A DNA stretch of 64,000 bases from an uncultured Clostridia bacterium (GCA_944388545.1 CALXJE010000049.1:2142-66141), one strand, 5' to 3'. Positions 18,521 through 29,743 are shown, counted from the first letter of the stretch. Notes: generated by a model not told the origin, from the sequence alone. Program-made: numbers and translations.

Positions 18521-19150
18521 ATGAAAGAAGTTTACGGTAAAAAAATTGGAATGACTCAAATTTTTTCTGAAGATGGAATTGCTATTCCTGTAACTGTTAT
18601 AGAAGTAGAGCCTATGACAATAGTTGCCAAAAAAACTGCTGAAAAAGAAGGCTACAATGCGTTGGTAGTTAGCTTTGGAGAAATTAAAGAGAAAAATGTA
18701 AATAAACCGCAAAAAGGAATATTTGCAAAAGCAGGAGTACCTGTAAAAAGGAATTTAAAAGAAATCAAAGTTGATAATATTGATGAATATGAAATAGGAA
18801 AAGAAATTGACTTAACAGTATTCGAAGACGGAGAAACAGTTGATGTTAGAGGTGTTTCAAAAGGTAAAGGATTCCAAGGAAATATTAAAAGACATGGTCA
18901 GCATAGAGGACCATCATCACACGGTTCTAATTATCATAGAAGACCAGGTTCAATGGGAGCAACTTCTACACCAGGTAGAGTATTTAAAGGTAAAAAGCTT
19001 CCAGGACATATGGGTAGTGTAAATAGAGCTGTACTTAACTTAAAAGTGATTAAAGTAGATGCAGATAAAAGAGCTATATTAGTAAAAGGATCAGTTCCTG
19101 GAGCTAAAGGAGCTATATTAAATATTAAAAAAAGTGTAAAGTCAAACTAG
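18521..19150 (+). CDS. rplC: 50S ribosomal protein L3
   Basis: KIGMTQIFSEDG.AIPVTVIE..GVSKGKGFQGNIKRHG. Confidence 0.97.
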   Translation: MKEVYGKKIGMTQIFSEDGIAIPVTVIEVEPMTIVAKKTAEKEGYNALVVSFGEIKEKNVNKPQKGIFAKAGVPVKRNLKEIKVDNIDEYEIGKEIDLTVFEDGETVDVRGVSKGKGFQGNIKRHGQHRGPSSHGSNYHRRPGSMGATSTPGRVFKGKKLPGHMGSVNRAVLNLKVIKVDADKRAILVKGSVPGAKGAILNIKKSVKSN

Positions 19151-19170
19151 TATAGGGAGGAGGAAATATA

Positions 19171-19791
19171 ATGCTAAAAACAGATGTATTAGATATGAAG
19201 GGTAAAAAAGTATCAGATATCGAACTTTCCGAAGCAGTTTTTGGAGTAGAAGTAAATGAAATTGTAGTTCATGAAGCTTTAGTTAATTTTCTAGCTAATC
19301 AAAGACAAGGAACTCAAAGCACAAAAACAAGAGCTGAAGTTCGTGGCGGTGGTAAAAAACCATGGAGACAAAAAGGAACAGGTAGAGCAAGGCAAGGAAG
19401 TATTAGAGCACCACAATGGATAAAGGGTGGTATTGCGCTTGGACCAAAACCAAGATCATATAGATATACTATACCTAAGAAAGTAAGAGCACTTGCTATA
19501 AAATCAGTTCTTACATCAAAATTATCTGAAGGTAATATAGTTGTAGTTGATAAGATTGAAATGAAAAATATAAAAACAGCAGAGATGGTAAAAACACTTA
19601 AAAATTTAAAAGCCGAAAAAGCTTTAATAATGTTAAATGAAAAAAACTTGAACGTTCAAGCGTCAAGCAGAAACATTAAGAATGTTAAAACAACATTAGT
19701 AAATACAATAAATGTATACGATTTATTAAAATATGAAAAATTAGTTATTGATGTTCAAGCTGTAAAGAGCCTAGAGGAGGTGTACGCATAA
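19171..19791 (+). CDS. rplD: 50S ribosomal protein L4
   Basis: RQGTQSTKTRAEVRGGGKKPWRQKGTGRARQGSIRAPQW. Confidence 0.97.
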   Translation: MLKTDVLDMKGKKVSDIELSEAVFGVEVNEIVVHEALVNFLANQRQGTQSTKTRAEVRGGGKKPWRQKGTGRARQGSIRAPQWIKGGIALGPKPRSYRYTIPKKVRALAIKSVLTSKLSEGNIVVVDKIEMKNIKTAEMVKTLKNLKAEKALIMLNEKNLNVQASSRNIKNVKTTLVNTINVYDLLKYEKLVIDVQAVKSLEEVYA

Positions 19792-19792
19792 T

Positions 19793-20152
19793 ATGAAATT
19801 TGCAGAAGATATAATTATAAAGCCAATAATAACTGAAAAAAGTTATCAAGCAATGGCAGATGGTAAATATACTTTTGAGGTAGCTTTAGACGCTACTAAG
19901 TTAGAAATCAAAGATGCAGTTGAAAAATTATTTTCTGTTAAAGTAAAGAAAGTTAACACATTAAGATACGATGGTAAGAAAAAAAGAGTTGGAGCGCACC
20001 TAGGAAAGACAAAAGCTTGGAAAAAAGCAATCGTACAAATCGATACAAATCCATCTGAGGAAAAATACATGACTAAGGGTGGAAAAGTCGTAACAAGTAA
20101 TAAAAAATATAAAACAGAAATAGAAGAAATCAGCTCAGCATTTGCTAAGTAG
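19793..20152 (+). CDS. rplW: 50S ribosomal protein L23 (with roughly 20-aa C-terminal extension)
   Basis: IIKPIITEKS...YTFEV....KIKDAVEKLFSVKVKKVNT; canonical position. Confidence 0.93.
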   Translation: MKFAEDIIIKPIITEKSYQAMADGKYTFEVALDATKLEIKDAVEKLFSVKVKKVNTLRYDGKKKRVGAHLGKTKAWKKAIVQIDTNPSEEKYMTKGGKVVTSNKKYKTEIEEISSAFAK

Positions 20153-20170
20153 TAAAAGGAGGAAATCAAA

Positions 20171-21004
20171 GTGGGAATAAAATCATTTAAACCAGTTACT
20201 CCATCTAGAAGACAAATGACAGTTTTAACTTACGATGAAATAACAAAACATACTCCAGAAAAATCTTTACTTTCAAAAGTTAAGAAAAATTCTGGAAGAA
20301 ATGCATCTGGAAAAATAACTGTTAGACATCAAGGTGGCGGTGCTAGAAGAAAATATAGAATAATTGATTTTAAAAGAAACAAAGTAGATATGGAAGCTAC
20401 TGTAATTGGAATTGAATATGATCCAAACAGAAGTGCCAATATTGCTTTAATAGAATACCAAGATGGTGAAAAAGCATATATAATTGCACCTATTGGATTA
20501 ACTGATGGAGACAAAGTAATCTCAGCTGAGTCAGCAGACATTAAACCGGGAAATTGTATGCCAATTAAATCAATACCTGTTGGTACAATGATACATAATA
20601 TAGAAATGCATAAAGGTAAAGGAGCACAACTCGTTAGAAGTGCAGGAAGTGCAGCACAACTTATGGCAAAAGAAGGTAAATATGCACATATTAGAATGCC
20701 TTCTGGTGAAATGAGATTAATACCAGCCGACTGTAAAGCGACAATTGGTGTTGTAGGTAATACAGATCATTCAAATGTTGTAATTGGTAAAGCTGGAAGA
20801 AAAAGACATATGGGAATAAGACCTACTGTAAGAGGTAGTGTAATGAATCCTTGTGATCACCCTCATGGTGGTGGTGAAGGTAAGGCTCCAGTTGGAAGAC
20901 CAGGACCTGTTACTCCTTGGGGTAAACCAGCACTTGGTTATAAGACTCGTAAGAAAAACCATAGAACAGATAAATTCATTGTTAAGAGAAGAAATAGTAA
21001 ATAA
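20171..21004 (+). CDS. rplB: 50S ribosomal protein L2
   Basis: GTG start after AGGAGG; [32 protein letters not shown]. Confidence 0.97.
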   Translation: MGIKSFKPVTPSRRQMTVLTYDEITKHTPEKSLLSKVKKNSGRNASGKITVRHQGGGARRKYRIIDFKRNKVDMEATVIGIEYDPNRSANIALIEYQDGEKAYIIAPIGLTDGDKVISAESADIKPGNCMPIKSIPVGTMIHNIEMHKGKGAQLVRSAGSAAQLMAKEGKYAHIRMPSGEMRLIPADCKATIGVVGNTDHSNVVIGKAGRKRHMGIRPTVRGSVMNPCDHPHGGGEGKAPVGRPGPVTPWGKPALGYKTRKKNHRTDKFIVKRRNSK

Positions 21005-21024
21005 TAAATTGGGAGGTAAAGTCT

Positions 21025-21306
21025 ATGTCAAGATCGCTTAAAAAAGGACCTTACGTTGATAGCAAACTTTTAGCTAGAATAGAAAAAATGAATGAAGAAG
21101 ATAAAAAAGTAGCTTTAAAAACATGGTCAAGATCTTCTACAATTTATCCTCAAATGATTGGACACACAATTGCAGTACATGACGGAAGAAAACATGTTCC
21201 AGTGTACATTACTGAGGAAATGGTAGGACACAAATTAGGAGAATTTGCTCCAACAAGATTATTTAGAGGTCATGCAGGAGATAAAAAAAGCAAGTTAAAG
21301 AAATAA
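21025..21306 (+). CDS. rpsS: 30S ribosomal protein S19
   Basis: [45 protein letters not shown]. Confidence 0.97.
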   Translation: MSRSLKKGPYVDSKLLARIEKMNEEDKKVALKTWSRSSTIYPQMIGHTIAVHDGRKHVPVYITEEMVGHKLGEFAPTRLFRGHAGDKKSKLKK

Positions 21307-21333
21307 AGAGTATAAGTAAGGAGGAAGCCTTAA

Positions 21334-21669
21334 ATGGAAGCAAGAGCAGAGCTTAAATATGCTAGAATAAGTAGCAGAAAAGTTAAGATTGTAATTGACC
21401 TTATAAAAGGTAAACCAGTTAAAGAAGCTAGCGCTATATTAAAGTATACTAATAAAGCAGCAGCTCCAATAATAGGAAAATTATTAAAATCAGCAATTGC
21501 TAATGCAACGAATAATCATCAAATGGATGAAACTAAATTATATGTTGCAGAAGCATATGCAAATCAAGGACCTACATTAAAAAGAATAATGCCAAGAGCT
21601 CAAGGAAGAGCTTATCAAATTAGAAAAAGAACTAGCCATATAACAATAGTATTGAAAGAGGCTAACTAA
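21334..21669 (+). CDS. rplV: 50S ribosomal protein L22
   Basis: [42 protein letters not shown]. Confidence 0.96.
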   Translation: MEARAELKYARISSRKVKIVIDLIKGKPVKEASAILKYTNKAAAPIIGKLLKSAIANATNNHQMDETKLYVAEAYANQGPTLKRIMPRAQGRAYQIRKRTSHITIVLKEAN

Positions 21670-21688
21670 TAAAGGAGGGAAACTATTT

Positions 21689-22345
21689 ATGGGTCAAAAA
21701 GTAAGTCCACATGGTTTAAGAGTTGGAATTATAAAAGACTGGTCTTCTAAATGGTATGCAAACAAACAAGACTTTGCAGACACTTTAGTTGAAGATAATA
21801 AAATTCGTGTCTATTTAAAGAAACTTTTAAAACCAGCTGGAATATCTAAAATAGATATCGAAAGAAAAAATAAAGAAGTAAAAGTTAATCTTTATACTGC
21901 AAAACCAGGAATGATTATAGGAAAAGGTGGAGCAGCAATAGAAGAACTAAAAGCTAAATTAGATAAAATGACAGGTAAAAATGTAGCAATAAATATAGTT
22001 GAAATAAAAAACACAGATTTAGACGCTACACTTGTTGCTGAAAATATTGCGGCTCAACTTGAAAAGAGAATATCTTTTAGAAGAGCAATGAAACAATGCA
22101 TGTCAAGAACAATGAAAGCAGGAGCTTTAGGTATTAAAACTCAAGTTTCAGGACGTCTTGGTGGTGCTGAAATCGCAAGAAGTGAACATTATAGCGAAGG
22201 AACAATTCCTTTACAAACTTTAAGAGCTGATATAGATTATGGATTTGCAGAAGCAAAGACAACATATGGTATTATTGGTGTTAAAGTATGGATATATAAA
22301 GGTGAAGTTTTACCTGCAAAAAAAGAAGCAAAAGGAGGTAAATAA
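21689..22345 (+). CDS. rpsC: 30S ribosomal protein S3
   Basis: [18 protein letters not shown]; KH domain GMIIGKGG; [10 protein letters not shown]. Confidence 0.97.
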   Translation: MGQKVSPHGLRVGIIKDWSSKWYANKQDFADTLVEDNKIRVYLKKLLKPAGISKIDIERKNKEVKVNLYTAKPGMIIGKGGAAIEELKAKLDKMTGKNVAINIVEIKNTDLDATLVAENIAAQLEKRISFRRAMKQCMSRTMKAGALGIKTQVSGRLGGAEIARSEHYSEGTIPLQTLRADIDYGFAEAKTTYGIIGVKVWIYKGEVLPAKKEAKGGK

Positions 22346-22347
22346 TT

Positions 22348-22779
22348 ATGTTATCACCAAAAAGAACTAAGTATAGAAAAGTACAAAAGGGAGTTGGAAA
22401 AGGAAAAGCTTATCGCGGAACAACTTTAACTCATGGAGAATATGGTATTCAAGCGTTAGAACCAGCATGGATAACAGCTAATCAAATAGAATCAGCAAGA
22501 ATAACACTTTCAAGATATACTAAAAAAGTTGGTAATATGTGGATAAAAATATTTCCTGATAAACCAATTACTAAAAAGGCAGCAGAAACACGTATGGGAT
22601 CTGGTAAAGGTAACCCAGAATACTTTGTTGCTCCAGTAAAAACGGGAAGAATATTATTTGAAATATCAGGATTAAATGAAGCAGATTCTAGAGAAGCGCT
22701 AAGAAAAGCAATTCATAAACTTCCTATTAGATGTAAAATTGTTACAAGAGAAGACGTGGGAGGTACAGCTCATGAATAA
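22348..22779 (+). CDS. rplP: 50S ribosomal protein L16
   Basis: [26 protein letters not shown]. Confidence 0.97.
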   Translation: MLSPKRTKYRKVQKGVGKGKAYRGTTLTHGEYGIQALEPAWITANQIESARITLSRYTKKVGNMWIKIFPDKPITKKAAETRMGSGKGNPEYFVAPVKTGRILFEISGLNEADSREALRKAIHKLPIRCKIVTREDVGGTAHE

Positions 22780-22978
22780 AAAGATGGAAAAATATAATAA
22801 AATGAATAAAGATGAATTACAAAAAGAATTAAAAGAATTAAAACAAGAATTGTTTAAGCTAAGATTTGGTCTTGCAATGAATGGTCTTGATAATCCAAAT
22901 AAAATAAAAGAAACAAAAAGAAATATTGCAAGAGTTAATACAGCTTTAACAAAGATTGAGATAGGAAATAAAGAATAG
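22772..22978 (+). CDS. rpmC: 50S ribosomal protein L29
   Basis: ATG 22772 overlaps the rplP stop (ATGAATAA), RBS GGGAGG; [14 protein letters not shown] coiled helix; the longer track ORF start at 22739 lies inside rplP. Confidence 0.9.
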   Translation: MNKKMEKYNKMNKDELQKELKELKQELFKLRFGLAMNGLDNPNKIKETKRNIARVNTALTKIEIGNKE

Positions 22979-22991
22979 GAGGTAAAGTTTA

Positions 22992-23246
22992 GTGGAAAGA
23001 AATGCTAGAAAAACAAAAATTGGTAAAGTAGTATCAAATAAAATGGATAAGACAATAGTTGTAAGAATAGACACTAAGTTTAAACATCCGCTTTATAACA
23101 AAATTCAAAATGAAACATTAAAAGTAAAGGCTCATGATGAAAATAACGAATGTGGCATAGGTGACACTGTAGAAGTGATGGAAACAAGACCACTTAGTCG
23201 TGATAAGAGATACAGATTAGTAAGAATAGTTGAAAAGGCTAAGTAA
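22992..23246 (+). CDS. rpsQ: 30S ribosomal protein S17
   Basis: [20 protein letters not shown]...[12 protein letters not shown]...ETRPLS..KR. Confidence 0.95.
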   Translation: MERNARKTKIGKVVSNKMDKTIVVRIDTKFKHPLYNKIQNETLKVKAHDENNECGIGDTVEVMETRPLSRDKRYRLVRIVEKAK

Positions 23247-23269
23247 TAGAAAAGGAGGAGAAACGCGCT

Positions 23270-23638
23270 ATGATACAACAACAATCATTATTAAAGGTTG
23301 CTGACAACACTGGAGCAAAAGAGTTAATGTGTATTAGAGTTTTAGGTGGACACCATAGAAAATGGGGAAACATCGGAGATGTAGTTGTAGCTTCAGTTAA
23401 AAAAGCAATACCAGGAGGCGTTGTTAAAAAAGGTGACGTAGTTAAGGCTGTTATTGTTAGAACTAAAAGAGGATTAAGAAGAGAAGATGGATCATATATT
23501 AGATTTGACGAAAATGCAGCAGTTGTAATAAAAGAAGATAAAACTCCAAGAGGTACTCGTATATTTGGGCCTGTTGCGAGAGAACTTAGAGATGATGATT
23601 ATATGAAAATCATATCTTTAGCACCAGAAGTACTATAA
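23270..23638 (+). CDS. rplN: 50S ribosomal protein L14
   Basis: [27 protein letters not shown]. Confidence 0.97.
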   Translation: MIQQQSLLKVADNTGAKELMCIRVLGGHHRKWGNIGDVVVASVKKAIPGGVVKKGDVVKAVIVRTKRGLRREDGSYIRFDENAAVVIKEDKTPRGTRIFGPVARELRDDDYMKIISLAPEVL

Positions 23639-23657
23639 TATTTGGGGGTGACGAAAA

Positions 23658-23999
23658 ATGAAGAAAAATACAGTTAATACATCAAAAATTAAACTTAGAG
23701 TTGGAGATACAGTAATATTAGATGTAAAAAATAAAGAAGAAAGAAAAAAAGGTAAAGTTCTTTCTGTATTAAGAAAAGAAAATAAAGTACTTGTCGAAGG
23801 AATAAATGTTAGAACAAGACATGTAAAACCAAGAAAACAAGGTCAAGAATCTGGAATTATAAAAAGAGAAGCACCTATAAACGTATCTAAAGTTAGCTAT
23901 TATTGTCCAAAATGCGAAAGAGGAACAAAAATAGGAATAAAGATCGTAGATGGTAAAAGAGTAAGATTCTGTAGAAAATGTAAAGAAGATATTAAATAA
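23658..23999 (+). CDS. rplX: 50S ribosomal protein L24 (with C-terminal Cys4 ribbon)
   Basis: KLRVGDTVILD..KGKVL.V....KVLVEGINV.TRH.KP (KOW); CPKC..CRKC at the C-terminus. Confidence 0.9.
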   Translation: MKKNTVNTSKIKLRVGDTVILDVKNKEERKKGKVLSVLRKENKVLVEGINVRTRHVKPRKQGQESGIIKREAPINVSKVSYYCPKCERGTKIGIKIVDGKRVRFCRKCKEDIK

Positions 24000-24026
24000 C
24001 ATTAAAGTAAAAGGGGGGAAACCTAA

Positions 24027-24566
24027 ATGAATCTTGAAGAAAGATACAAAAAAGAGATTGTACCTGCATTAAAAGAAAAATTTGGATATAAATCAATAAT
24101 GCAAGTGCCAAAATTAGAAAAGATAGTTATTAATATGGGAGTATCTGATGTAAAAGAAAGTTCAAAAGCTTTAGAAACAGCTATGAGAGATTTAGAAACT
24201 ATATCAGGTCAAAAACCAATTGCAACTAAAGCAAAAAAATCAATAGCAGCTTTTAAACTAAGAGAAGGAATGAATATTGGATGTAAAGTAACTTTAAGAA
24301 GTGAAAAAATGTATGAATTTGCTACAGGATTTTTTAATGTTGCATTACCACGAGTTAGAGATTTTAAAGGAGTATCAACAAAATCTTTTGACGGAAGAGG
24401 AAATTATGCTTTAGGTGTAAAAGAACAATTGATATTCCCTGAAATAGAATATGATAAAATAGATAAAGCAAGAGGAATGGACATTATATTTGTAACAACT
24501 GCTAAAACTGATAGTGAGGCTCAAGCACTACTAGAAATGCTTGGATTGCCTTTTGCAAAACACTAG
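24027..24566 (+). CDS. rplE: 50S ribosomal protein L5
   Basis: [36 protein letters not shown]; [10 protein letters not shown]. Confidence 0.97.
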   Translation: MNLEERYKKEIVPALKEKFGYKSIMQVPKLEKIVINMGVSDVKESSKALETAMRDLETISGQKPIATKAKKSIAAFKLREGMNIGCKVTLRSEKMYEFATGFFNVALPRVRDFKGVSTKSFDGRGNYALGVKEQLIFPEIEYDKIDKARGMDIIFVTTAKTDSEAQALLEMLGLPFAKH

Positions 24567-24578
24567 GGAGGTAGAAGC

Positions 24579-24764
24579 ATGGCAAAAAAATCAATGATTG
24601 CTAAACAACAGCGTGAACCTAAGTTCAGTACAAGATACTATAATAGATGTAAAATATGCGGAAGACCACATTCATATATGAGAAAATATGGTATCTGTAG
24701 ACTTTGCTTTAGAAAATTAGCATATAACGGAGAAATACCAGGCGTTAAAAAAGCAAGCTGGTAA
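24579..24764 (+). CDS. rpsN: 30S ribosomal protein S14, zinc-binding type Z
   Basis: 61 aa; [23 protein letters not shown]...RKYG.CRLCFR. Confidence 0.95.
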   Translation: MAKKSMIAKQQREPKFSTRYYNRCKICGRPHSYMRKYGICRLCFRKLAYNGEIPGVKKASW

Positions 24765-24787
24765 TAAAAAAAGGAGGTAACTTAAGA

Positions 24788-25189
24788 ATGAACGTAAACG
24801 TGACAGACTCTATTGCAGATATGTTAACAAGAATAAGAAATGCAAATAAGCAAAAACATCAAACTGTAGATGTTCCTTATTCTAAAGTTAAAAATGAAAT
24901 AGCAAAGATACTTCTAAGTGAAGGTTATGTTTCAAATGTTGAAATAGCTGAAAATGGAAGTCATAAAACAATAAGAATAGAGCTAAAGTATGACGCAAAT
25001 AAACCTGTAATTCAGGGATTAAAAAGAATAAGTAAACCAGGATTAAGAATATATGCTGAAGTAGATGAACTACCAAGAGTATTAAATGGTTTAGGAATAG
25101 CAATTATTTCTACATCAAAAGGTATTGTAACTGATAAACAGGCAAGAAACCTTAATGTAGGTGGAGAAGTAATGGCATTTATATGGTAA
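24788..25189 (+). CDS. rpsH: 30S ribosomal protein S8
   Basis: [14 protein letters not shown]...; PGLRIYA; GGEVMAFIW. Confidence 0.96.
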   Translation: MNVNVTDSIADMLTRIRNANKQKHQTVDVPYSKVKNEIAKILLSEGYVSNVEIAENGSHKTIRIELKYDANKPVIQGLKRISKPGLRIYAEVDELPRVLNGLGIAIISTSKGIVTDKQARNLNVGGEVMAFIW

Positions 25190-25203
25190 GGAGGAAGTAG
25201 AAA

Positions 25204-25740
25204 GTGTCTAGAATAGGAAAAAAACCAATTGAAGTTCCTCAAGGTGTTGAAGTAACAATAAATGGATCTGATATAACGGTTAAAGGTCCAAAAGGAACTT
25301 TATCAAGAACAATGGATAATCACATTACAGCAACATTAGATAATAATGTAATAACTGTTAGTAGACAATCTGATGATTATAAAGCACTTCATGGTCTTAC
25401 TAGAACATTAATTTCTAACATGATTACAGGAGTAACATCAGGATACGAAAAGAAATTAGAAATTAATGGCGTAGGATATAGAGCTGCAAAACAAGGTAAA
25501 AAATTAGTACTTACTTTGGGATTTTCTCATCCAGTAGAATTTGAAGATACCGAAGATATAACAATTGAAGTACCTGATCAAAATACAATAATTGTTAAGG
25601 GAATTGACAATCAAAAAGTAGGACAATTTGCAGCTAATATAAGAGCAAAGAAACCACCTGAACCATATAAAGGTAAAGGTATAAAATATGATGGCGAAAG
25701 AATAATCAGAAAAGAAGGAAAAGCTGGCGGTAAGAAATAA
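25204..25740 (+). CDS. rplF: 50S ribosomal protein L6
   Basis: GTG start; [28 protein letters not shown]. Confidence 0.96.
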   Translation: MSRIGKKPIEVPQGVEVTINGSDITVKGPKGTLSRTMDNHITATLDNNVITVSRQSDDYKALHGLTRTLISNMITGVTSGYEKKLEINGVGYRAAKQGKKLVLTLGFSHPVEFEDTEDITIEVPDQNTIIVKGIDNQKVGQFAANIRAKKPPEPYKGKGIKYDGERIIRKEGKAGGKK

Positions 25741-25768
25741 ACCCAAAATGTAAAGGAGGGAAAAAACT

Positions 25769-26128
25769 ATGATAAGCAAAAGAGATAAAATAGCTAAAAG
25801 AGTAGCAAGACAAAAAAGAGTAAGAGCTAAAGTAAAAGGCACTGAAGCAAGACCAAGACTTTGTGTTTCTAGAAGTTTGAATAATATATATGCTCAACTT
25901 ATAGATGATACAAAAGGAGTAACAATAGCACAAGCTTCTACTTTAGATAAAGAAATTAAAACAAAAGCTTCAAATATAGAAGCAGCAAAAGAAGTTGGAA
26001 CTTTAATTGCAAAAAGATCTATTGAAAATAAAATAGATACAGTAGTATTCGATAGAAACGGATATTTATATCATGGTAAAGTAAAAGCCCTTGCAGAAGC
26101 TGCAAGAGAGGCAGGATTAAAATTCTAA
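25769..26128 (+). CDS. rplR: 50S ribosomal protein L18
   Basis: [18 protein letters not shown]...[10 protein letters not shown]; [25 protein letters not shown]. Confidence 0.95.
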   Translation: MISKRDKIAKRVARQKRVRAKVKGTEARPRLCVSRSLNNIYAQLIDDTKGVTIAQASTLDKEIKTKASNIEAAKEVGTLIAKRSIENKIDTVVFDRNGYLYHGKVKALAEAAREAGLKF

Positions 26129-26146
26129 GAAGAAGGAGAAAAAAAT

Positions 26147-26638
26147 ATGGTAGAGACAAAACAAGAATTTAAAGAAAAAGTTGTTTATGTTGGCCGTGTA
26201 GCAAAAGTTGTTAAAGGTGGAAGAACTTTTAGATTTAGCGTATTAGTAGTTGTTGGTGATGAAAAAGGTAGAGTTGGAGTAGGATCTGGAAAAGCATCTG
26301 AAGTACCAGAGGCTATAAAAAAAGCTACTGAAGACGCAAAAAGAAATTTAATAAAAGTTCCAATAGTAAATGGTACATTACCACATGAATATACAACTAA
26401 TTTTGGATCATCAAAGGTAATAATAAAACCAGCTGTTGAAGGTACAGGAGTTATCGCTGGTGGAGCAGTAAGACCAGTACTTGAGCTTGCAGGAGTAAAA
26501 AATGTTACAGCTAAAACATTAGGTTCTCGTAATAGCAGAAACGTTGTTCTTGCAACAATGAAAGCTTTAAAAGAAATGAGAACACCAGAAGAAATAGCTA
26601 GACTTAGAGGAAAAACAGTAGCTGAATTATATAAATAA
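26147..26638 (+). CDS. rpsE: 30S ribosomal protein S5
   Basis: [40 protein letters not shown]. Confidence 0.96.
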   Translation: MVETKQEFKEKVVYVGRVAKVVKGGRTFRFSVLVVVGDEKGRVGVGSGKASEVPEAIKKATEDAKRNLIKVPIVNGTLPHEYTTNFGSSKVIIKPAVEGTGVIAGGAVRPVLELAGVKNVTAKTLGSRNSRNVVLATMKALKEMRTPEEIARLRGKTVAELYK

Positions 26639-26667
26639 TAAATGTTTTAGAGAGGAGGAAAACCTAA

Positions 26668-27108
26668 ATGAAAATACATGAATTAGGACCAGGTGCAGGA
26701 GCAAAATCAAAAGTTAAAAGAGTTGGTAGAGGTATTGGATCAGGTCTTGGAAAAACTGCTGGTAAGGGACATAAAGGTCAAAAAGCAAGAACTGGTGGTA
26801 AAATAAGAAGAGGATTCGAAGGAGGACAAACTCCATTAATGAGAAGAATACCTAAAAAAGGATTTAACAATATCTTTGCAAAAGAATATGCAACTATTAA
26901 CGTGTCAGATTTAGAAAGATTTGAAGATGGAACAGTTGTAAATATTGAATTATTATTAAATGAAGGAATTGTTAGAAAAAAATTAGATGGCCTTAAAGTT
27001 CTTGGAAATGGTAATTTAACTAAGAAATTAACAGTTGAGGCAACAAAATTTTCTGCATCAGCTATACAAAAAATAGAAGCTGCAGGTGGAAAGACAGAGG
27101 TGAAGTAA
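26668..27108 (+). CDS. rplO: 50S ribosomal protein L15
   Basis: MKIHEL.P..GAK....[25 protein letters not shown]; follows rpsE directly (no rpmD). Confidence 0.95.
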   Translation: MKIHELGPGAGAKSKVKRVGRGIGSGLGKTAGKGHKGQKARTGGKIRRGFEGGQTPLMRRIPKKGFNNIFAKEYATINVSDLERFEDGTVVNIELLLNEGIVRKKLDGLKVLGNGNLTKKLTVEATKFSASAIQKIEAAGGKTEVK

Positions 27109-27109
27109 T

Positions 27110-28420
27110 ATGTTTCAAACATTGAAAGATTTATTCTCACTTAAGGATATAAGAAAAAAAATACTTTATACTTTGCTTATAATAATACTATTTCGTATAG
27201 GAACATATATAGTTGTTCCAGGAATAAATAAACTTGCGTTTAATGAGGCTGTTGGAGCATCTACAAGTGGAATATTAAATACGATTAATATAATAGCAGG
27301 TGGAGCATTTAAAAGATTTTCTATATTTGCAATGACTATATCTCCATATATTACAGCTTCAATTGTATTAAATTTATTACAAGTTGTAATACCTAGTCTA
27401 GAAAGATTAGCAAAAGAAGGGGAAACAGGAAAGCAACAATTAAATAAATATACAAAATATTTAACAATAGCATTTGCAATAGTAGAAGCAGTAGGATTAT
27501 ACTTTACATATAATGATTATTTATTAACACCACTTAAAACTGGTATAGGTAAACCATTTGGTATGATATTATTTGTTGTTTCATTAACTGCAGGAACTTC
27601 AATACTTATGTGGCTTGCAGATAAGATAACAGAAAATGGTATTGGAAATGGTATCTCAATTATAATCTTTACTGGTATAGTATCTAGTGCGCCAGCTGCA
27701 GCTGCAGCATTACTAGGTTATGCTAAATTATCAGTAGTTAAAGCTATAATTGTATCATTACTTATAATAGCTATGATTATAGTAGTTGCTGGTGTAGTTT
27801 TTGTTCAACAGGCAGAAAGGCGAATACCGGTAAACTATGCAAAGAGAGTTGTAGGAAGAAAAATGATGGGTGGACAAAACACTCATATTCCTATTAAAGT
27901 TGCAATGGCAGGAGTTATGCCAATAATATTTGCAATGTCATTTATGGTACTTCCAAGTACAATAATTGAAATAGCTACAAAAGGTAATGCAACTGGCTTT
28001 TGGAGAGTTGTATCAGAAATTTGTTCTGGTCAATCAGAGAATGTTTGGTTTGTATTAATATATGTAGTTATATATACTGCCCTTATAATATTATTTACAT
28101 TTGTTTATACAATGTTTATGGTAAATCCAGTGGAAATGTCAAATCAATTAAAGAAAAATGGTGGATTTATACCTGGAATAAGAGCAGGAAAGCAAACAGC
28201 TGATTACATTTCAAAAGTTTTATCTAGTATTACATGGGCAGGAGGATTTTTCCTAGCAGCGGTTGCTATATTACCTGCACTAGTTCAACTAGGAATGAAA
28301 GGTTTAGCAATAGGTTTCGGTGGTACATCAGTACTTATCGTAGTATCAGTTGCTCTTGAAATGCTTAAAAATGTTGAAGGTCAAATGGTTAGTAGACATT
28401 ATAAAGGATTTTTGGAATAA
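27110..28420 (+). CDS. secY: preprotein translocase subunit SecY
   Basis: 436 aa, 10 TM; FAMTISPYITASI, ITENGIGNGISIIIF, IPGIRAGKQTADYI. Confidence 0.96.
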   Translation: MFQTLKDLFSLKDIRKKILYTLLIIILFRIGTYIVVPGINKLAFNEAVGASTSGILNTINIIAGGAFKRFSIFAMTISPYITASIVLNLLQVVIPSLERLAKEGETGKQQLNKYTKYLTIAFAIVEAVGLYFTYNDYLLTPLKTGIGKPFGMILFVVSLTAGTSILMWLADKITENGIGNGISIIIFTGIVSSAPAAAAALLGYAKLSVVKAIIVSLLIIAMIIVVAGVVFVQQAERRIPVNYAKRVVGRKMMGGQNTHIPIKVAMAGVMPIIFAMSFMVLPSTIIEIATKGNATGFWRVVSEICSGQSENVWFVLIYVVIYTALIILFTFVYTMFMVNPVEMSNQLKKNGGFIPGIRAGKQTADYISKVLSSITWAGGFFLAAVAILPALVQLGMKGLAIGFGGTSVLIVVSVALEMLKNVEGQMVSRHYKGFLE

Positions 28421-28440
28421 CAAAATAAATAGATATAAAA

Positions 28441-28478
28441 GATTGCTTAGAGTTATCACTTTAAGCGATTTTTTTTTG
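28441..28478 (+). terminator. rho-independent terminator directly after secY
   Basis: ATTGCTTAG-loop-TTAAGCGAT (two G.U pairs) then T8. Confidence 0.6.
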
Positions 28479-28551
28479 CAAAAATTTCTCATGTTTTGTT
28501 GATATATTTTTTTGTTTATTATATACTTTAAATATATAGGGGGTATTTTAT

Positions 28552-29583
28552 ATGGAAGAAACAAAAAAAGAAACAAAAGAGCTTAAAACAGATAAAGACA
28601 GAAAATATAATATTATATTAGGAGTAATGATATTTTTATTTATAATTATAATAGGAATATCTATTGCATGGAGTTTTGGATATGTTCACTTTGGTAAAAA
28701 AAATGAAGAAAAAACAAATACTAACACAAATGCAGATAGTAATATAACACAAAATGAAAATGCTGAGGATTCTAAAGATAATGAAAATGTAATAGAAGAA
28801 GCATATGAAAAATATGACTTTGAGTGGGTAAGCAAAAGTAAAAATCAAATAGCATACGTAGAAAATAGCGTAGTTAAAATAAATGCAAATAAATTGCAAA
28901 ATGCTAAATTTGAATATGGTACACCAGTAATGGCTTGTCCTTTACCAGGACATGATTTTAATGGCTTTGTTGTAGTAAATGATAAAGGAGAAGTATATAT
29001 TTGTAATAATATAGAATTTGTAAACGGCGCATATGATGTAAATAATATAACTTATACAAAAGCTAATATATCAGAGAAAATTATTGATATAGCATTTGAA
29101 GGAAATGAAGGTGCTGTACCATATTCTGGACCATATTTTATGACAGAAACAGGAAAGGTTCTTAATAAAGAGGGTAAAACTTATGAAGAGGTAAATAAAG
29201 ATCATGTGGCACGTATAGGAACAGTACAGTATTTGGTATATATATGTTCTGATAATACTTTTGATATACCAAGGACTAATAATGATTATTTTAAAGTGGT
29301 TGATGATTCAGGAATAAATATTAAAGGTAAAAAAATATTTATGGATGATTCAAGAGGAGTAGAAACATTTTATATAATAGGAGAAGATAATAAATTATAT
29401 AATTTAGATTCAACAGCTAATGGGGTAGTACAAGTGTATCCATCTGCAGAAAACAAAACCGTTAAAGATATAGAATATAATAAAAATAGTCAAGAAGTAA
29501 AAGTTATATTTACAGATGGTAGTGATTTGAAATATACTAATATATATTCTGTGTATGATATAGAAAACAAAGAAGATATGTAA
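28552..29583 (+). CDS. hypothetical membrane-anchored extracytoplasmic protein (island gene 1)
   Basis: 343-aa ORF, GGGGG RBS, charged N-terminus, one TM helix, N/T/E-rich linker and beta-rich domain; no family recognised. Confidence 0.55.
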   Translation: MEETKKETKELKTDKDRKYNIILGVMIFLFIIIIGISIAWSFGYVHFGKKNEEKTNTNTNADSNITQNENAEDSKDNENVIEEAYEKYDFEWVSKSKNQIAYVENSVVKINANKLQNAKFEYGTPVMACPLPGHDFNGFVVVNDKGEVYICNNIEFVNGAYDVNNITYTKANISEKIIDIAFEGNEGAVPYSGPYFMTETGKVLNKEGKTYEEVNKDHVARIGTVQYLVYICSDNTFDIPRTNNDYFKVVDDSGINIKGKKIFMDDSRGVETFYIIGEDNKLYNLDSTANGVVQVYPSAENKTVKDIEYNKNSQEVKVIFTDGSDLKYTNIYSVYDIENKEDM

Positions 29584-29633
29584 TGATATAAAGTTATAAA
29601 TTATTAAAAGGTTAAGAATTCAATATAATATAG

Positions 29634-29673
29634 AAGATAGCTATACTAAATAGAAAGTATAGCTATCTTTTTT
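29634..29673 (+). terminator. rho-independent terminator
   Basis: AAGATAGCTATACT-loop-AGTATAGCTATCTT perfect stem then T-run. Confidence 0.8.
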
Positions 29674-29743
29674 AAAGGGAAAATAAAGTTAAACAAAACC
29701 CTTATATTATGTAAAATGACGGAACACTTTATTGTTATATAAC

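Noticed and set aside
22739-22771. Longer track starts for rpmC (22739), adk (31494), map (32152), rpsD (34404), truA (40756), xerD (39812), hpf (52798), veg (61904), SASP (53428) and sepF (2217).
   Set aside because: The extra N-terminal codons overlap upstream genes, terminators or promoters and lack an RBS. Downstream ATG/TTG codons with proper Shine-Dalgarno spacing give N-termini that match the families.
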